Of a stretch of DNA of 64,000 nt, positions 27,275 to 38,468 are shown piece by piece. The DNA comes from a bacterium (GTDB lineage Bacteria > Patescibacteriota > Dojkabacteria > GCA-016699595): assembly GCA_016699595.1 (NCBI GenBank), contig CP064982.1, positions 276,563 through 340,562 on the forward strand. The letters are read 5' to 3'. The notes under the pieces are model-generated. The model was not told where the DNA came from, ran no database searches, and was given only the letters and a program-made list of their open reading frames with translations. The first letter of the stretch is position 1. Each line of letters opens with the position of its first letter. The translations under genes were made by a program, and so were the position numbers.

Positions 27275-29782
27275 TTTTTCTAAATCAACATCTTTCGGTA
27301 CTTTGAAGTTTTTTGTTCCAAATTTGAGATAAGGTCCATACTTACCATCCATCAAAATTACTTTTTTTTTACCTATCATGCCAAGATCTTTTCCTTTTGG
27401 AGTAGATTTAGTTCTAGTTGATCTAGATTTAGTCTTAGAGTTTTTAATTAACTCAATTGCTTGCTCTTCAGTTATATCAAACAAGTTAAACTCTTCTGGA
27501 ATTGAAGTATATTTTGCATTCCAAAGTAAGTATGGTCCAAACTTCCCAAACCCAGCACGAATTTCTAAACTATCAAGTTTCCCAACAAGTCTAGGTAACT
27601 CAATAATCTTCAAAGCAAGTTCTGGAGTTATATCTTTTGTACCTTTTGGAATTGAATAGTTTTTGTCTCCGACTTTCAAATATGCTCCAAATCTTCCTGA
27701 TTTCAAAAATATATCCTCACCTTCACTATTTTTTGCAATTGGTTCATCTGATCTAGCCTTCGTTTGAAGTAATTCTTCAACTTTCTCGTCTGTCAGATCA
27801 GCTGGCAAAACTTCATTTGGAATAGTTGATTTTTCAGTAACTTCATCAAAATTTATTTTTTCACTATCTAGCTTTGGATCAACTTTATTTACAAAAGCAC
27901 CGAACTTCCCTACTCTAACTTTGTATTTTTGAGATAAGTTTGGCAAATTCACAATACTAGCTAGTCTTGGATTTATTTCTTTCTCTTCTCTTTTTGTAAT
28001 TTCCTCTAAACCTTGTTCGCCCAAATAAAACTTTTTCAAATAATCCAACCAATCTACATTTCCAGTTTCAATTTCGTCTAATGTATCTTCCATTGCAGAT
28101 GTAAACTTTAGATCAACTAAATTTCCAAAATGCTTTTGAAGTAAATTATCAACTGCAAATGCTGTGTAAGTTGGGACAAGTTGATTTCCAAGCCTTGATA
28201 TATAACCTCGAGATTGGATAGTTGAAATAATACTTGCATAAGTTGAAGGTCTACCAATTCCTTCTTCTTCAAGTTTTTTCACTAAACTTGCATCATTGTA
28301 TCTTGCTGGTGGTTTAGTTTCGTGAATGTTTGAAACCAAATCTTTTAAATCTAATTTATTTCCAACTTGAAGTTCTGGTAATGTTTGATTTTCTTCTGAT
28401 TCTGAATCATCTAAATTTCCTTCCTTATAGGAAGGTGTCACATTTCGTGACGGAAGGTTATATAGTTTCAAAAATCCATCAAACTTAATGATCGATCCTG
28501 TTGAATGAAATATATAACTTTGATCGTTAGAACTAATATCTACCGAAGTTTGATCAATAATAGCTTCTTTCATCTGAGATCCAAGAGTTCTCTTCCAAAT
28601 TAGATCATAAAGTTTCGCTAATTCTCCTTCCAAACCAAGTTCCTGAGCTGAACTAAATTTGTTTCCAGCTGGCCTTATCGCTTCATGGGCTTCTTGTGCG
28701 TTTTTTGAGCGAGATTTATATTTTCTGAAATAACCTGCCCAATAATTTGCTCCAAATTCTTTCTCAATTTTATTTTTTATTCCAAATAATGCTTGATCTG
28801 ACAAATTAACCGAATCAGTTCTCATATAAGTTATATACCCAAGCTCATATAGTTTTTGAGCAACTTGCATAGTTTGTTTTGAACTAAATCCAAGTTTCCT
28901 ATTTGCATCAATTTGCAAACTTGAAGTAATGTATGGAGCGGCAGGATTTCTTTTGACTTCAGACTTTTCAACATTTGTAACTACAAAATCTTGTGCTTTA
29001 ATCTTGTTTATGATTTCATCTTTACTATTTTCAGTAATTATAACTAATTCTTTATTTAATAATTTTCCATCTTCACCAAAGTCTTTGCTTGTTGCAACTT
29101 TTTGCGAATTTATCTCAACTAATTTTGAATCAAAATTTTGTTTTTCAAATTCAAAAGTTCCAGTTATTGAATCAAATGAGGCAACTTTGAAATTCATTCT
29201 TTCAAGTTCACGAGCAACTACAATTTTTACTGCAACTGATTGAACTCTTCCAGCTGAAAGACCAAAAGCAATTTTTTTCCAGAGTAATGGTGAGATAGTA
29301 TAGCCAACGAGTCTATCCAAAATTCTTCTAGTTTCTTGAGCTTGAACTACATTCATATCAATTGTTCTAGGATTTTTGAGAGCTTCTTCGATTGCTGAAT
29401 TTGTAATTTCGTGAAAAACTATCCTTTTTGATTTTTGAGGTAAGGCCAAAACTTCTTGCAAGTGCCAACTAATTGCTTCTCCTTCACGATCTTCGTCAGT
29501 TGCCAAAATTACATCGTTAGAACTCAAGATCAAGTCCTTCAATTCTTTTATAACTTTTTTTTTATCACTCGGAACTACATAAAGCGGTTCAAAGTTATTT
29601 TCAACATTTATGCCAAGTCTTGCCCATTTTTCTTTTTTGAATTTTGCTGGGATATCTGCAGCTGATTCTGGAAGATCACGGATATGTCCAAAAGATGCTC
29701 GAACTGTGAAATTGTTTCCAAGAAACTTGGATATTGTCTTTGCTTTTGTAGGTGATTCAACGATAATCAGTGTTTGACTCAT
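27239..29782 (-). CDS. topA: DNA topoisomerase I.
   Basis: Toprim N-terminus 'LIIVESPTKAKTISKFLG', the topo IA core, and repeated C-terminal 'GKFGPY/GRFGAY/GKYGPY' modules. Confidence 0.95.
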   Translation of the reverse strand: MSQTLIIVESPTKAKTISKFLGNNFTVRASFGHIRDLPESAADIPAKFKKEKWARLGINVENNFEPLYVVPSDKKKVIKELKDLILSSNDVILATDEDREGEAISWHLQEVLALPQKSKRIVFHEITNSAIEEALKNPRTIDMNVVQAQETRRILDRLVGYTISPLLWKKIAFGLSAGRVQSVAVKIVVARELERMNFKVASFDSITGTFEFEKQNFDSKLVEINSQKVATSKDFGEDGKLLNKELVIITENSKDEIINKIKAQDFVVTNVEKSEVKRNPAAPYITSSLQIDANRKLGFSSKQTMQVAQKLYELGYITYMRTDSVNLSDQALFGIKNKIEKEFGANYWAGYFRKYKSRSKNAQEAHEAIRPAGNKFSSAQELGLEGELAKLYDLIWKRTLGSQMKEAIIDQTSVDISSNDQSYIFHSTGSIIKFDGFLKLYNLPSRNVTPSYKEGNLDDSESEENQTLPELQVGNKLDLKDLVSNIHETKPPARYNDASLVKKLEEEGIGRPSTYASIISTIQSRGYISRLGNQLVPTYTAFAVDNLLQKHFGNLVDLKFTSAMEDTLDEIETGNVDWLDYLKKFYLGEQGLEEITKREEKEINPRLASIVNLPNLSQKYKVRVGKFGAFVNKVDPKLDSEKINFDEVTEKSTIPNEVLPADLTDEKVEELLQTKARSDEPIAKNSEGEDIFLKSGRFGAYLKVGDKNYSIPKGTKDITPELALKIIELPRLVGKLDSLEIRAGFGKFGPYLLWNAKYTSIPEEFNLFDITEEQAIELIKNSKTKSRSTRTKSTPKGKDLGMIGKKKVILMDGKYGPYLKFGTKNFKVPKDVDLEKLDLEVAKNFLK

Positions 29783-29903
29783 GAAAAGATGATAGCAAGA
29801 GTTTAGGGAAGTTGTAAAATAAAATTGAAAATACTACCTATATCTAACTTTGATACCATGTTTAAATCAAATGTATTTTGTAGCCTATCTGAATTACTTA
29901 CAA

Positions 29904-30368
29904 CTACTTTAAGTATTCCAACCTTTCTTTATCTTTTGCCTTGATTTTTCTTAGTTTTAATATTGCTTTTTCTATGTCTTTCACAACTACTAAACCTTTT
30001 TCTCTCAAACTATCTTCATATTGTGGTCCTATAGCATTTAACACATGATTGATGCCAAATGATCCCATAGTACTAAGAATAGTAGAGTAATACTCAGCAA
30101 GGAGTTTCAAATCCTGAAAGCTAGGTTCAATTAACTTTTTGTCAAAAATTATACAATCAATCAAAAATCTGTCAGACAAACCGAGCGGAAGTTTCATCTT
30201 TGTATATCTTTCAACCAATGTCAATAAATCTCGACTTTTGACTCTTTCTAAACTTTTCTTTTCCCACTCCCAGGGCATGCGATCTGCAGCAATGTTCTCA
30301 ACTTCCTCATCACTCCAATAACCGGCTAATATATCATCCATCAAAGTTTCTTCTATGTATTTGGGCAA
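29904..30368 (-). CDS. Hypothetical protein (154 aa).
   Basis: ORF only. No motif recognised. Confidence 0.4.
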   Translation of the reverse strand: MPKYIEETLMDDILAGYWSDEEVENIAADRMPWEWEKKSLERVKSRDLLTLVERYTKMKLPLGLSDRFLIDCIIFDKKLIEPSFQDLKLLAEYYSTILSTMGSFGINHVLNAIGPQYEDSLREKGLVVVKDIEKAILKLRKIKAKDKERLEYLK

Positions 30369-30422
30369 AGTAACTTTTCTTGTTTTTTTTTATTTCATAT
30401 ATCTTATCTTCAATAGACATAA

Positions 30423-31439
30423 TTATCTTTCATTCAAATACTCCTGAGCTTCGAGCATAGCCATGCATCCATGTCCTGCAGCAAGTATAGCTTGTCTATA
30501 TTTTGGATCACTCACATCACCTGCTACAAAAACTCCATGAATATTTGTTTTAACTACATTATCTTTGCTTGGAATTATATAACCAAGATCATCTAGTTCC
30601 AAAATTCCTTTAAATATAATAGTTTGAGGTTCATGACCGATTGCAACAAAAAGCCCATCTACTTGTATTGATGCTTCCTCATAGGAAGCTGTCCCATCTG
30701 GGGACTGAAGGTTTGTTTGAATCATAATATCTGTCAATTTGTCAAACTTATGTTCTAACCTTTCGTCACCCTCAGGCGTGCCACCTTCCTTTAAGGAAGG
30801 ATTCATATTAAATCCAACAACTTGAGAATTCATCATGGTTTTAATTTTTAGATTTGCAAGAACTCTATCAATCATTATTTTGCTTGCACGAAACTCAGAT
30901 CTTCTGTGAATCAATATTACTTCACTCGCAAAGTTAGTCAAAAATAAAGCTTCTTCCATTGCCGTATCACCACCTCCAACTACTGCAACTTTTTTATTTT
31001 TATAAAAAGCACCATCGCAAGTAGCACAAGCAGAAACTCCACGACCTTTGAGTTTATCTTCATTTTCTATATTCAACCATTTTGCTTTTGAACCTGTTGC
31101 AACAATTACAGATTCAGTAAAATATTCATTTAAATCTGTATTAATCTTGAAATTTCTATCTTCCGAAAAGTCAACATTAGTTACATTTTCATATATGATT
31201 TTCGCTCCAAACCTTTCAGCTTGAGCAATCATTTTTTGCATCAATTCAGGACCCAAAATCCCATCTGGAAAACCTGGAAAGTTTTCTACATCAGTAGTTT
31301 GCATTAGTTGTCCTCCAGGCTCAATTCCAGCAAGAACAATTGGTTCTAAGTTAGCACGAGCTGCATAAATTGCAGCAGTTAAACCTGCTGGACCTGAACC
31401 AATGATAATAAGTTTATGTTTTTGAATTTCATTTTGCAT
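30423..31439 (-). CDS. trxB: Thioredoxin-disulfide reductase.
   Basis: FAD site 'IIGSGPAGLTAAIYAARA', redox-active 'CATCDG', NADPH site 'VVGGGDTAMEEALFL', and 'GVFVAGDV'. Confidence 0.9.
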   Translation of the reverse strand: MQNEIQKHKLIIIGSGPAGLTAAIYAARANLEPIVLAGIEPGGQLMQTTDVENFPGFPDGILGPELMQKMIAQAERFGAKIIYENVTNVDFSEDRNFKINTDLNEYFTESVIVATGSKAKWLNIENEDKLKGRGVSACATCDGAFYKNKKVAVVGGGDTAMEEALFLTNFASEVILIHRRSEFRASKIMIDRVLANLKIKTMMNSQVVGFNMNPSLKEGGTPEGDERLEHKFDKLTDIMIQTNLQSPDGTASYEEASIQVDGLFVAIGHEPQTIIFKGILELDDLGYIIPSKDNVVKTNIHGVFVAGDVSDPKYRQAILAAGHGCMAMLEAQEYLNER

Positions 31440-31683
31440 ATTGTATTTTAATACATTTTATTCCCACTTGGCAAAATAACTTGTACTTCGTCGCCGATTT
31501 TTATATTTCCTCTTAACCAAACCATGCCTATTAAACCTCTTATATCTTTTGTTGCTTTCATATTATCCTATGTGGCTTATAGCTTCCATTTAAAACTGAT
31601 CTGATACCTATTATTGGTGTTATAAATCCAATAATTATTGAAAGAATTAGAAAAATTTGTTTTATGTCCATGTTAAAAAGTTA

Positions 31684-32202
31684 TTAATTATTTTCAGTTT
31701 CTATCAGTTCTATCAACTTATCTGCGTTTTCTGTCATCATTCCAGCTTTTTGCATAGTTTTCATTTCATCTATTGTTACAAAGCAAAATCCAAAACATTC
31801 AGTTGGATGAAGTCTAACTTTTTCAACATCTTCTTCAATTGTGCATTTGTATGTAAAAAACCAAGCATCGTTTCCACCACTAGTTCGTAAAGCTTTTTCT
31901 AGTAATTTTAAATCTTCAAATTTTATTCTAAGCCCTACTTCTTCCAAAGCTTCTTTAACTAAAGTTTTCTCTACACTATCTCCAGCATCAATAGTCCCAG
32001 CTACTGCACAAACTTGCCATAAATTTGGATAAATTCTTTTTGATTTGTGTCTTTTAGTAATTAAGAAGTAATTATCTTTAGTTTTTATGACTAATGATGC
32101 AACTCCTCTGATAAATCCTGAATTTGGTGTTTCAACTATATATCTTTCTTCTGAACCTATAATATTTCCTGATTTATCGAATATTGAAATTTTATTTGAC
32201 AT
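31684..32202 (-). CDS. NUDIX hydrolase (second copy in the window).
   Basis: Nudix box 'AGTIDAGDSVEKTLVKEALEEVGL'. Confidence 0.7.
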   Translation of the reverse strand: MSNKISIFDKSGNIIGSEERYIVETPNSGFIRGVASLVIKTKDNYFLITKRHKSKRIYPNLWQVCAVAGTIDAGDSVEKTLVKEALEEVGLRIKFEDLKLLEKALRTSGGNDAWFFTYKCTIEEDVEKVRLHPTECFGFCFVTIDEMKTMQKAGMMTENADKLIELIETENN

Positions 32203-32270
32203 AAGTTGATTATAACTAAAAAGGGACTCAAAATTGAATCCCCTTTTTTCTTTATTTTATAATAATTAAA

Positions 32271-33419
32271 TTATTGCTTTTTACAAACTCCCATTAAGCC
32301 ACCACCAATATCTACACTATTGCTTGTATCACATTTCAATCCTGTTGCACAATCAAATTGATTCACTCCGTCGAAACCACAACTTTGATCTAACTCTACA
32401 TTTTCAATAATATTAATATTTACAGTTATACTTGAACTTTGGGAAAAGTTTGTTGAATTACTACTATTATTAACTTCAGAACTTGAGCTAGATCTAGTCT
32501 CTGCTTGATCACTTGTTCCTACAAGTTGATAATTCATAGTTATATCAAACATTGTGCTAAATTCTGAAATATCTAACTTTTGCCAATCTATAAATTTTTC
32601 AACTTTGTATTCATATTTTTGACCAGTTTCATTTGCATAAAAGTATCTGGTTTCTAAAACTTTGTAATCACTTTTATTGAAAACATAAATTCGGCCATAA
32701 GCATTTTGGATACTTGCTCCGACTGTAATTTCAGCTCTATCATTTGTTTCTGAAGTAACTTTTGTGTCTGATTTTTCACCATTTAGGAGTGACTTTAAAT
32801 ATTCTACCCCATTAGGCTCTGAGTTTAGATAATTCAAGTAATTTTTTCCATTTTCGTTTTTAAGCCAAATTGTGCCGTTCGAATATATCAAACTTGTTCC
32901 TCCAACAACCTTCTTTTGGAAATATTGATTATCTGAATTTGTATGTTCAAAAATCTCAAATGTTAGACCTCCAACATTATTTAATTCTAAATCTAAACTA
33001 GGAACTTTGGTAGAATAATTATTTATTACATAAGAATAATCTTTCCCGGGTAAAACATTGTATTTTCTAACATAAATAAAGTTTTCCAAAGTTTCATCTA
33101 TCATTGCACTAACTTTACTGATAGCAAAAGGTTCGGCCTTATTTGAAATTAAATAAGAATTTACTCCTAAAAATATCGCAAAAATTGCAACTGCAGCAAC
33201 TGTACCAGCTAAGAATTTTTGATAAAAAGACATAAATTTCGTAATCTTGGTAGGGATATTTTTCATTCCACTACCAACAACTTGTGATTTTGTCGAAACA
33301 GCAAGTTTATTCATGACTTCAGACTTGAGTTTATTCCGAAATTCTTCTCTAGCTTCCGGAAAACTAGATTGAAACATTTCGTTTAACTTTGAGTTTTGTT
33401 TATTGAAGTCATCTTGCAT
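32271..33419 (-). CDS. Putative anti-sigma factor or membrane protein cotranscribed with the ECF sigma gene. Single TM helix and a C-terminal Cys-rich tail.
   Basis: Lies 28 nt downstream of the sigma gene. ~70-aa cytoplasmic N-terminus, TM helix 'FLAGTVAAVAIFAIFLGV', then an extracytoplasmic domain ending '…CGFDGVNQFDCATGLKCDTSNSVDIGGGLMGVCKKQ'. Function inferred from context. Confidence 0.4.
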   Translation of the reverse strand: MQDDFNKQNSKLNEMFQSSFPEAREEFRNKLKSEVMNKLAVSTKSQVVGSGMKNIPTKITKFMSFYQKFLAGTVAAVAIFAIFLGVNSYLISNKAEPFAISKVSAMIDETLENFIYVRKYNVLPGKDYSYVINNYSTKVPSLDLELNNVGGLTFEIFEHTNSDNQYFQKKVVGGTSLIYSNGTIWLKNENGKNYLNYLNSEPNGVEYLKSLLNGEKSDTKVTSETNDRAEITVGASIQNAYGRIYVFNKSDYKVLETRYFYANETGQKYEYKVEKFIDWQKLDISEFSTMFDITMNYQLVGTSDQAETRSSSSSEVNNSSNSTNFSQSSSITVNINIIENVELDQSCGFDGVNQFDCATGLKCDTSNSVDIGGGLMGVCKKQ

Positions 33420-33446
33420 GTTTCTTAATTACAAATACGAAAAAGA

Positions 33447-34004
33447 TTATAAATTACTGCCGAAAAATCGCCGAATTTGTTTCAAACCTCTAGCTATATG
33501 TGCTGAAACAGTTTTCTCTGAAATTGATAATAAAGTCGAAATTTCCTTGTTTGTCAGTTCTTCAAGGTATCTGAGTCTTATACATTCATTTTGAGATGGA
33601 GGTAGTTGTGAAAGATAAATCAATATACTTTTTTTAAATTGAGCTAATTCTATATTGTTGAATACGGTTTCCTCCAAATTTTCATCAGAACTTAAGTATT
33701 CTTCTTTTTCTTCTGAATACAAATCTTGAAATTGGATTTTATTTGCTTTGTAATAGTCAAAAAGTGTATTTCTAGAAATTGCAAACAACCAAACTACAAA
33801 TGAATTTTCATGACTTGGTTCAAAATGTGATAAATTTTCTACAACTTTAAGCCAAGTAGTTGAAGTTAAATCTTCTGAAGTTGAGACATTTCCAAGTCTT
33901 GAGAGAAAAAATCTATAAATGCGGTCAAAATACTTGTCATAAATTAAGCCAAAATATTCAGGATTGGTTTTTGACAACTTGACTAGTTCAAGATCTTGGT
34001 TCAT
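33447..34004 (-). CDS. ECF-type RNA polymerase sigma-70 family factor.
   Basis: Region 2 ('…[18 protein letters not shown]…') and region 4 HTH ('[45 protein letters not shown]'). Confidence 0.8.
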   Translation of the reverse strand: MNQDLELVKLSKTNPEYFGLIYDKYFDRIYRFFLSRLGNVSTSEDLTSTTWLKVVENLSHFEPSHENSFVVWLFAISRNTLFDYYKANKIQFQDLYSEEKEEYLSSDENLEETVFNNIELAQFKKSILIYLSQLPPSQNECIRLRYLEELTNKEISTLLSISEKTVSAHIARGLKQIRRFFGSNL

Positions 34005-34234
34005 TTTACTGGATCATACCCACCTTTAGCGAATGGATTGCACCTGAAAATTCTCAAAAATCCCATCCAACTTCCTTTTAAACTTCCATACTTTGCAATT
34101 GCTTGTTTTGTATATTCTGAGCAACTGGGTTCATATATGCAAACTCTAAATTTATCAGGTCTAGCCCAAAAGCTATGATCAAAAGAAAAGGTTTTTTGAT
34201 AAATGTTGATGAGACTGATCAGGAAGTTTTTCAC
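34001..34234 (-). CDS. yidD: Membrane protein insertion efficiency factor YidD.
   Basis: '[13 protein letters not shown]' (the CxxxPSCSxY motif). 77 aa. Overlaps the sigma gene start by 4 nt. Confidence 0.85.
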   Translation of the reverse strand: MKNFLISLINIYQKTFSFDHSFWARPDKFRVCIYEPSCSEYTKQAIAKYGSLKGSWMGFLRIFRCNPFAKGGYDPVK

Positions 34235-34244
34235 TTTAATATCT

Positions 34245-35642
34245 TTAATCTTTAATTAATTTTCTAACTACTTCTTGGTCACTGTATGGATATTCTGTAG
34301 TTCCAAAACAAAGTGATTGCTCGTGACCTTTTCCACAGATAACAATTATATCTTGGGGATTTGCAATTTCCATCGCTTTTGCAATTCCTAGTTCTCTACT
34401 TTTGACTTCTGGTTCATCAAATCTAAATACCTCAGGTTTAAATGCTTCCTCAACTTTTCTAATTCCAATTTCAATCTGATTATTGATCTCTTCTAAATCT
34501 TCCGTTCTAGGATCCTCAGGAACAAGGATTATTGTATCAGCAAGTTTTGCTGCAACTTCTCCCATTATAGGTCTTTTTGATGTGTCTCGTAAACCTGCAC
34601 AACCAAAAATAACAATTAATTTACTGTCTTTACTCTTTAAGTTATTTACAGCAGTTAAAGCATTTTCCAACGCATTTGGGGTATGTGCGAAATCAACTAT
34701 AATCATTGGTAAATCGCTATGTTTCCAACTTTCTAAATAGGACTTATTTGTCATAACTTCCATTCTTCCAGGAAGTGAAGTGAAAGTTGACAGAGCAGTA
34801 GCAATATTGTCTAAATTAATTTTCAAATTTTCACAAACTGAAATTGCTGCAAGTGCATTGTAAACATTATAGTTTCCGAGCATTGGAACTTGAAATAGTT
34901 TATCTAAAATACCATCTTTGTGATTCATTGAAAATAAATCTATGTTTAATTTTTCATCAAATTCTGCCGAATACCAAGTTTCGTTATCTTTTCTATATAA
35001 ATTAAATTGAATTCCTTCTAAGTTAGTTTGAACATTTTTGGCTTTATTTATACCTTTGTCAATTCCATAACTAACTAAATCCATCTTTCTACTTAATCTA
35101 ATCATTTGAAGAATTCGTTTTTGAATAAACTCATAACTTCTATCATCAGCATTGGCAACTACAACTCCATTACCTTTCAAATTATCAATCAATTTCAATT
35201 TTGCCTCTAAATAATTTTCATAATTTTCATGATAATCAAAATGATCTTGAGTTATATTTGTATAAACAGCATAATCAAATTTTATTCCCCAATATCTAAA
35301 TTGATCAAGTGCGTGAGAAGTTGTCTCAAGAACTACATATTCAATTTTTTTATCAACCATCATTTTCAGATACTTCTGTATATCTTTAGGATTAGGTGAA
35401 GTTACATGAAAACCAGTATCAAGATCATCATCTCCAATTTTTGCAGAAATTGTAGAAACCATCCCAGATTTAAAATTATTATGTTTCAAAATGTGGTAAA
35501 TCATATTTGAAGTCGTAGTTTTTCCGTCAGTTCCAGTTACTCCTATTATTTTCAGCTTTTTGCTTGGAAATCTATAAATGATATTCCAAAAAATTGCTTG
35601 TGGTAAGTGTAAAAAATAGTTTTTGATAGTTTGTAGTTTCAT
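34245..35642 (-). CDS. murE: Mur ligase family, MurE-like (UDP-MurNAc-tripeptide synthetase).
   Basis: ATP-binding '[16 protein letters not shown]' and '[13 protein letters not shown]' (MurE motif DYAHTPDAL). The third amino-acid specificity cannot be determined. Confidence 0.7.
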   Translation of the reverse strand: MKLQTIKNYFLHLPQAIFWNIIYRFPSKKLKIIGVTGTDGKTTTSNMIYHILKHNNFKSGMVSTISAKIGDDDLDTGFHVTSPNPKDIQKYLKMMVDKKIEYVVLETTSHALDQFRYWGIKFDYAVYTNITQDHFDYHENYENYLEAKLKLIDNLKGNGVVVANADDRSYEFIQKRILQMIRLSRKMDLVSYGIDKGINKAKNVQTNLEGIQFNLYRKDNETWYSAEFDEKLNIDLFSMNHKDGILDKLFQVPMLGNYNVYNALAAISVCENLKINLDNIATALSTFTSLPGRMEVMTNKSYLESWKHSDLPMIIVDFAHTPNALENALTAVNNLKSKDSKLIVIFGCAGLRDTSKRPIMGEVAAKLADTIILVPEDPRTEDLEEINNQIEIGIRKVEEAFKPEVFRFDEPEVKSRELGIAKAMEIANPQDIIVICGKGHEQSLCFGTTEYPYSDQEVVRKLIKD

Positions 35643-35683
35643 TTGTTCTATAAATTAAAAAGACTTTCTAGATGAATTAATAT

Positions 35684-37249
35684 CTACTTTTTCCCAATTC
35701 CAATCATACCAAATAAATTTCTGGTAATTTCTCTTGCAATTGTATTTTTGACATTTCGCCCAACTTGCTTACTTAGTGGATTATCAAAAACATCTCCAAA
35801 CTGGTCCAAAAATGTCTCCTTGCTTTTAGGCTTTTTTTCAGTTTCGAATCTAGCCTCCTCTTGTCTCGCCATTTTTTCTTCAATTCTCTTCACGATAATT
35901 TCTTCAGCTGATTCAGGATCTAGTTTTAGATCATACTTTTTGACCAATATTGAGCTATTTATAATGTCTAGTTTTTCACCTTGAGTTATCACATCCATTC
36001 TACTTTCTGGGGGACAAATTAAAGCATGAGTTGTTGGGGTTGGAATGCCATTTTTGTCCAATGAAGTTACCAAAGCTTCTCCTATTCCAAGGTTTGTCAA
36101 AACATCTTCGACATCATATTCTTTCGTAATTGGAAAATTATCTGCAATAAGTTTGATATCTTTTCTATCTTTTGGAGTAAAGGCTCGAAGTGCGTGCTGA
36201 ATTTTCAAAGATAATTGAGCCAAAATGCTTTCTGGTATATCCGTTGGATGTTGAGTGATAAAAACAATCCCAACCCCTTTTGATCTAATAAGTTTGATAA
36301 CCGTTTCTAGTTGTGACTTTAGTTCATTGGTTGCATTATCAAAAATCAAATGTGCTTCATCTATAAAGATTATAAGTTTTGGTTTCTCCAGATCACCAAC
36401 CTCAGGATAGGTTCCATAAATTTCTGCAAGTAGTGAAAGCATAAAAGTAGAAAATAGCATTGGTTTATCTTGTATTTTATCAACATTGAATATATTGACT
36501 TTATTATTCAACAAATCACTTACTTGAAAACTTGGTTCTCCAAAAAAATCAGCTGCACCTTGTTGTTCAAGTTGGATAATTTGTCTCATAATTATATTCA
36601 TCGTTGCAGGTGAAATTTGCCCGTAAATTTTTTGTATTTCTATCTTTCCATCTTGAGTAAGGTATGTCAGTACTTTTTTTATATCCTCTAAATCAATTAG
36701 CAAAAGTCCATTATCATCACAATACTTGAAAATCATTGACATAACGCTTGTTTGAGTATCGTTTAAATTCAATATTTTAGAAAAAAGTACAGGCCCAAAT
36801 TCTGAAACTGTTGATCGTAGTTTGACACCCAAGTCGTTGGAGATGTTTAAGAATTCTACTGGAAATGATTTACTATTCCAAAGGAGTCTCATTTTATCTA
36901 TTCTTTCTTGTACTTTTGAATTTAGTTCTCCCATTTGTGAAAGTCCTGATAAATCACCCTTCATATCCATCGCAAGAACAGATACTCCAGAACTAACGAG
37001 TTGCTCGCAAAGTAATTGCAAGGACTTCGTTTTTCCAGTGCCTGTTGCACCAGAAATTAGTCCATGTCTATTTAAATTTTTTAGTAATATTTTTACTTTC
37101 TGATCTGTCAAAAGTTCCCCATTCAATATTTTTTCACCTAAAAAAATTGAATTTGTCTCAGCTTCATTTAAATCAGCAGGCACATTTTGACCTACAAAAC
37201 TTGAATTTGTTTGATTTGCTTCCGAAAATGGATTTTGATATGTTGACAT
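35684..37249 (-). CDS. HerA/FtsK-superfamily ATPase of the DUF853 (YjgR-like) family.
   Basis: Walker A 'GATGTGKTKSLQ' and Walker B 'LIIFIDEAHLIF'. Overall length and C-terminal region resemble E. coli YjgR. Confidence 0.7.
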   Translation of the reverse strand: MSTYQNPFSEANQTNSSFVGQNVPADLNEAETNSIFLGEKILNGELLTDQKVKILLKNLNRHGLISGATGTGKTKSLQLLCEQLVSSGVSVLAMDMKGDLSGLSQMGELNSKVQERIDKMRLLWNSKSFPVEFLNISNDLGVKLRSTVSEFGPVLFSKILNLNDTQTSVMSMIFKYCDDNGLLLIDLEDIKKVLTYLTQDGKIEIQKIYGQISPATMNIIMRQIIQLEQQGAADFFGEPSFQVSDLLNNKVNIFNVDKIQDKPMLFSTFMLSLLAEIYGTYPEVGDLEKPKLIIFIDEAHLIFDNATNELKSQLETVIKLIRSKGVGIVFITQHPTDIPESILAQLSLKIQHALRAFTPKDRKDIKLIADNFPITKEYDVEDVLTNLGIGEALVTSLDKNGIPTPTTHALICPPESRMDVITQGEKLDIINSSILVKKYDLKLDPESAEEIIVKRIEEKMARQEEARFETEKKPKSKETFLDQFGDVFDNPLSKQVGRNVKNTIAREITRNLFGMIGIGKK

Positions 37250-37425
37250 AGCTTCGATTGTTATAACTCATAAATAATTAATACTACTTGTTTCACCGTT
37301 TACAACTAGAATTATGAATTTTTGCAAAATACTCTAAAACTACTTGCATTATCTAACTAAATTTGTAAAAATTCAAGAAAGTAAATTTTATTTTGACTCC
37401 ATAATGTATGGAGTGACAAGCAAAT

Positions 37426-37800
37426 ATGCCCCAACAATTAGCAAATTTCCCAACACCAGAAGAGTATGCAGATATGTACCAAAACTGGAAAAGGGACAAT
37501 TTCTCTGATAAAAATGTTCCATCAACTGCAAGTAATAGATCTAAGCAATCAACTTCAGATTATTTGAGTTTGATAATTACACTTTTGACCCTTACGGTTT
37601 TGACAGCTATGTTATTTGTTTTTTCAGTTTATGTGAAGGATGAAAGAGCTAAACAAGAAGCTTTGAATAGATTGATGATAACATATCAAGATTCTATGAA
37701 ATCAGAAAAATCAGCGAGTATGTCTTCTACATCAACCAAAAGTGTAAGTACAAACTCTACATCAAGTTTCACTTCAACAACTAGTTCAGTAGCAAGGTGA
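37426..37800 (+). CDS. Small membrane protein with a Ser/Thr-rich C-terminus, hypothetical.
   Basis: One TM helix (LSLIITLLTLTVLTAMLFVFSV), then a low-complexity S/T tail. Confidence 0.4.
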   Translation: MPQQLANFPTPEEYADMYQNWKRDNFSDKNVPSTASNRSKQSTSDYLSLIITLLTLTVLTAMLFVFSVYVKDERAKQEALNRLMITYQDSMKSEKSASMSSTSTKSVSTNSTSSFTSTTSSVAR

Positions 37801-37893
37801 AAAAGATCTTTACAGAAATGATTTAGATGTTATAATTATTATAGGCATAGTTTGAGTTGCATGTCTATATATTTTTGCAACTGAAAAAAGTTA

Positions 37894-38406
37894 ATGTTAA
37901 AACAATTACAAGAGGTTTTAATTCAAAAGGAAAAGCAACTTTCTGATGGGCCTATTCATTCTAGTATGAGGGTCTTAACTGAATTATTTATTGTGGCAAT
38001 TAATACCACACAAGAAAACCTTAAAAATATTGTTGATACCCAATCTACTGATATCCAACCTACTATTTCACTTCCAAATTCTATATTCGATGAATTACTT
38101 AAGGCCCTGTATTATGAAATTTATAACCGAAATTTAATACATCAATATGAAGAACTATACACTGAAACAAACCTAGGGAAAGTATTAATTCAACAATTTG
38201 ATCCTTATGGAATCAATTACGACAGAGATCCGAGACATATGCACAGAAATGTGCTTATTGGTTTTGCTAGAAAAGTTGCAAATTCTGAGAAGTCATTATA
38301 TGTCGATAAGGAACTTATAGATCAGTTACAAACCTTACTAAATACGGTGGTTTCTAATATTACTTCTTACACTGGAGGTGCTAGAGGGATATTGGGTGGC
38401 AACTAA
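37894..38406 (+). CDS. Hypothetical protein (170 aa).
   Basis: ORF only. Confidence 0.4.
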   Translation: MLKQLQEVLIQKEKQLSDGPIHSSMRVLTELFIVAINTTQENLKNIVDTQSTDIQPTISLPNSIFDELLKALYYEIYNRNLIHQYEELYTETNLGKVLIQQFDPYGINYDRDPRHMHRNVLIGFARKVANSEKSLYVDKELIDQLQTLLNTVVSNITSYTGGARGILGGN

Positions 38407-38468
38407 TTTCTTCGTTTTGATTTAAAGTCTATAGGTTTCTATGGACTTTTGTTTTCATTTATTATTTA

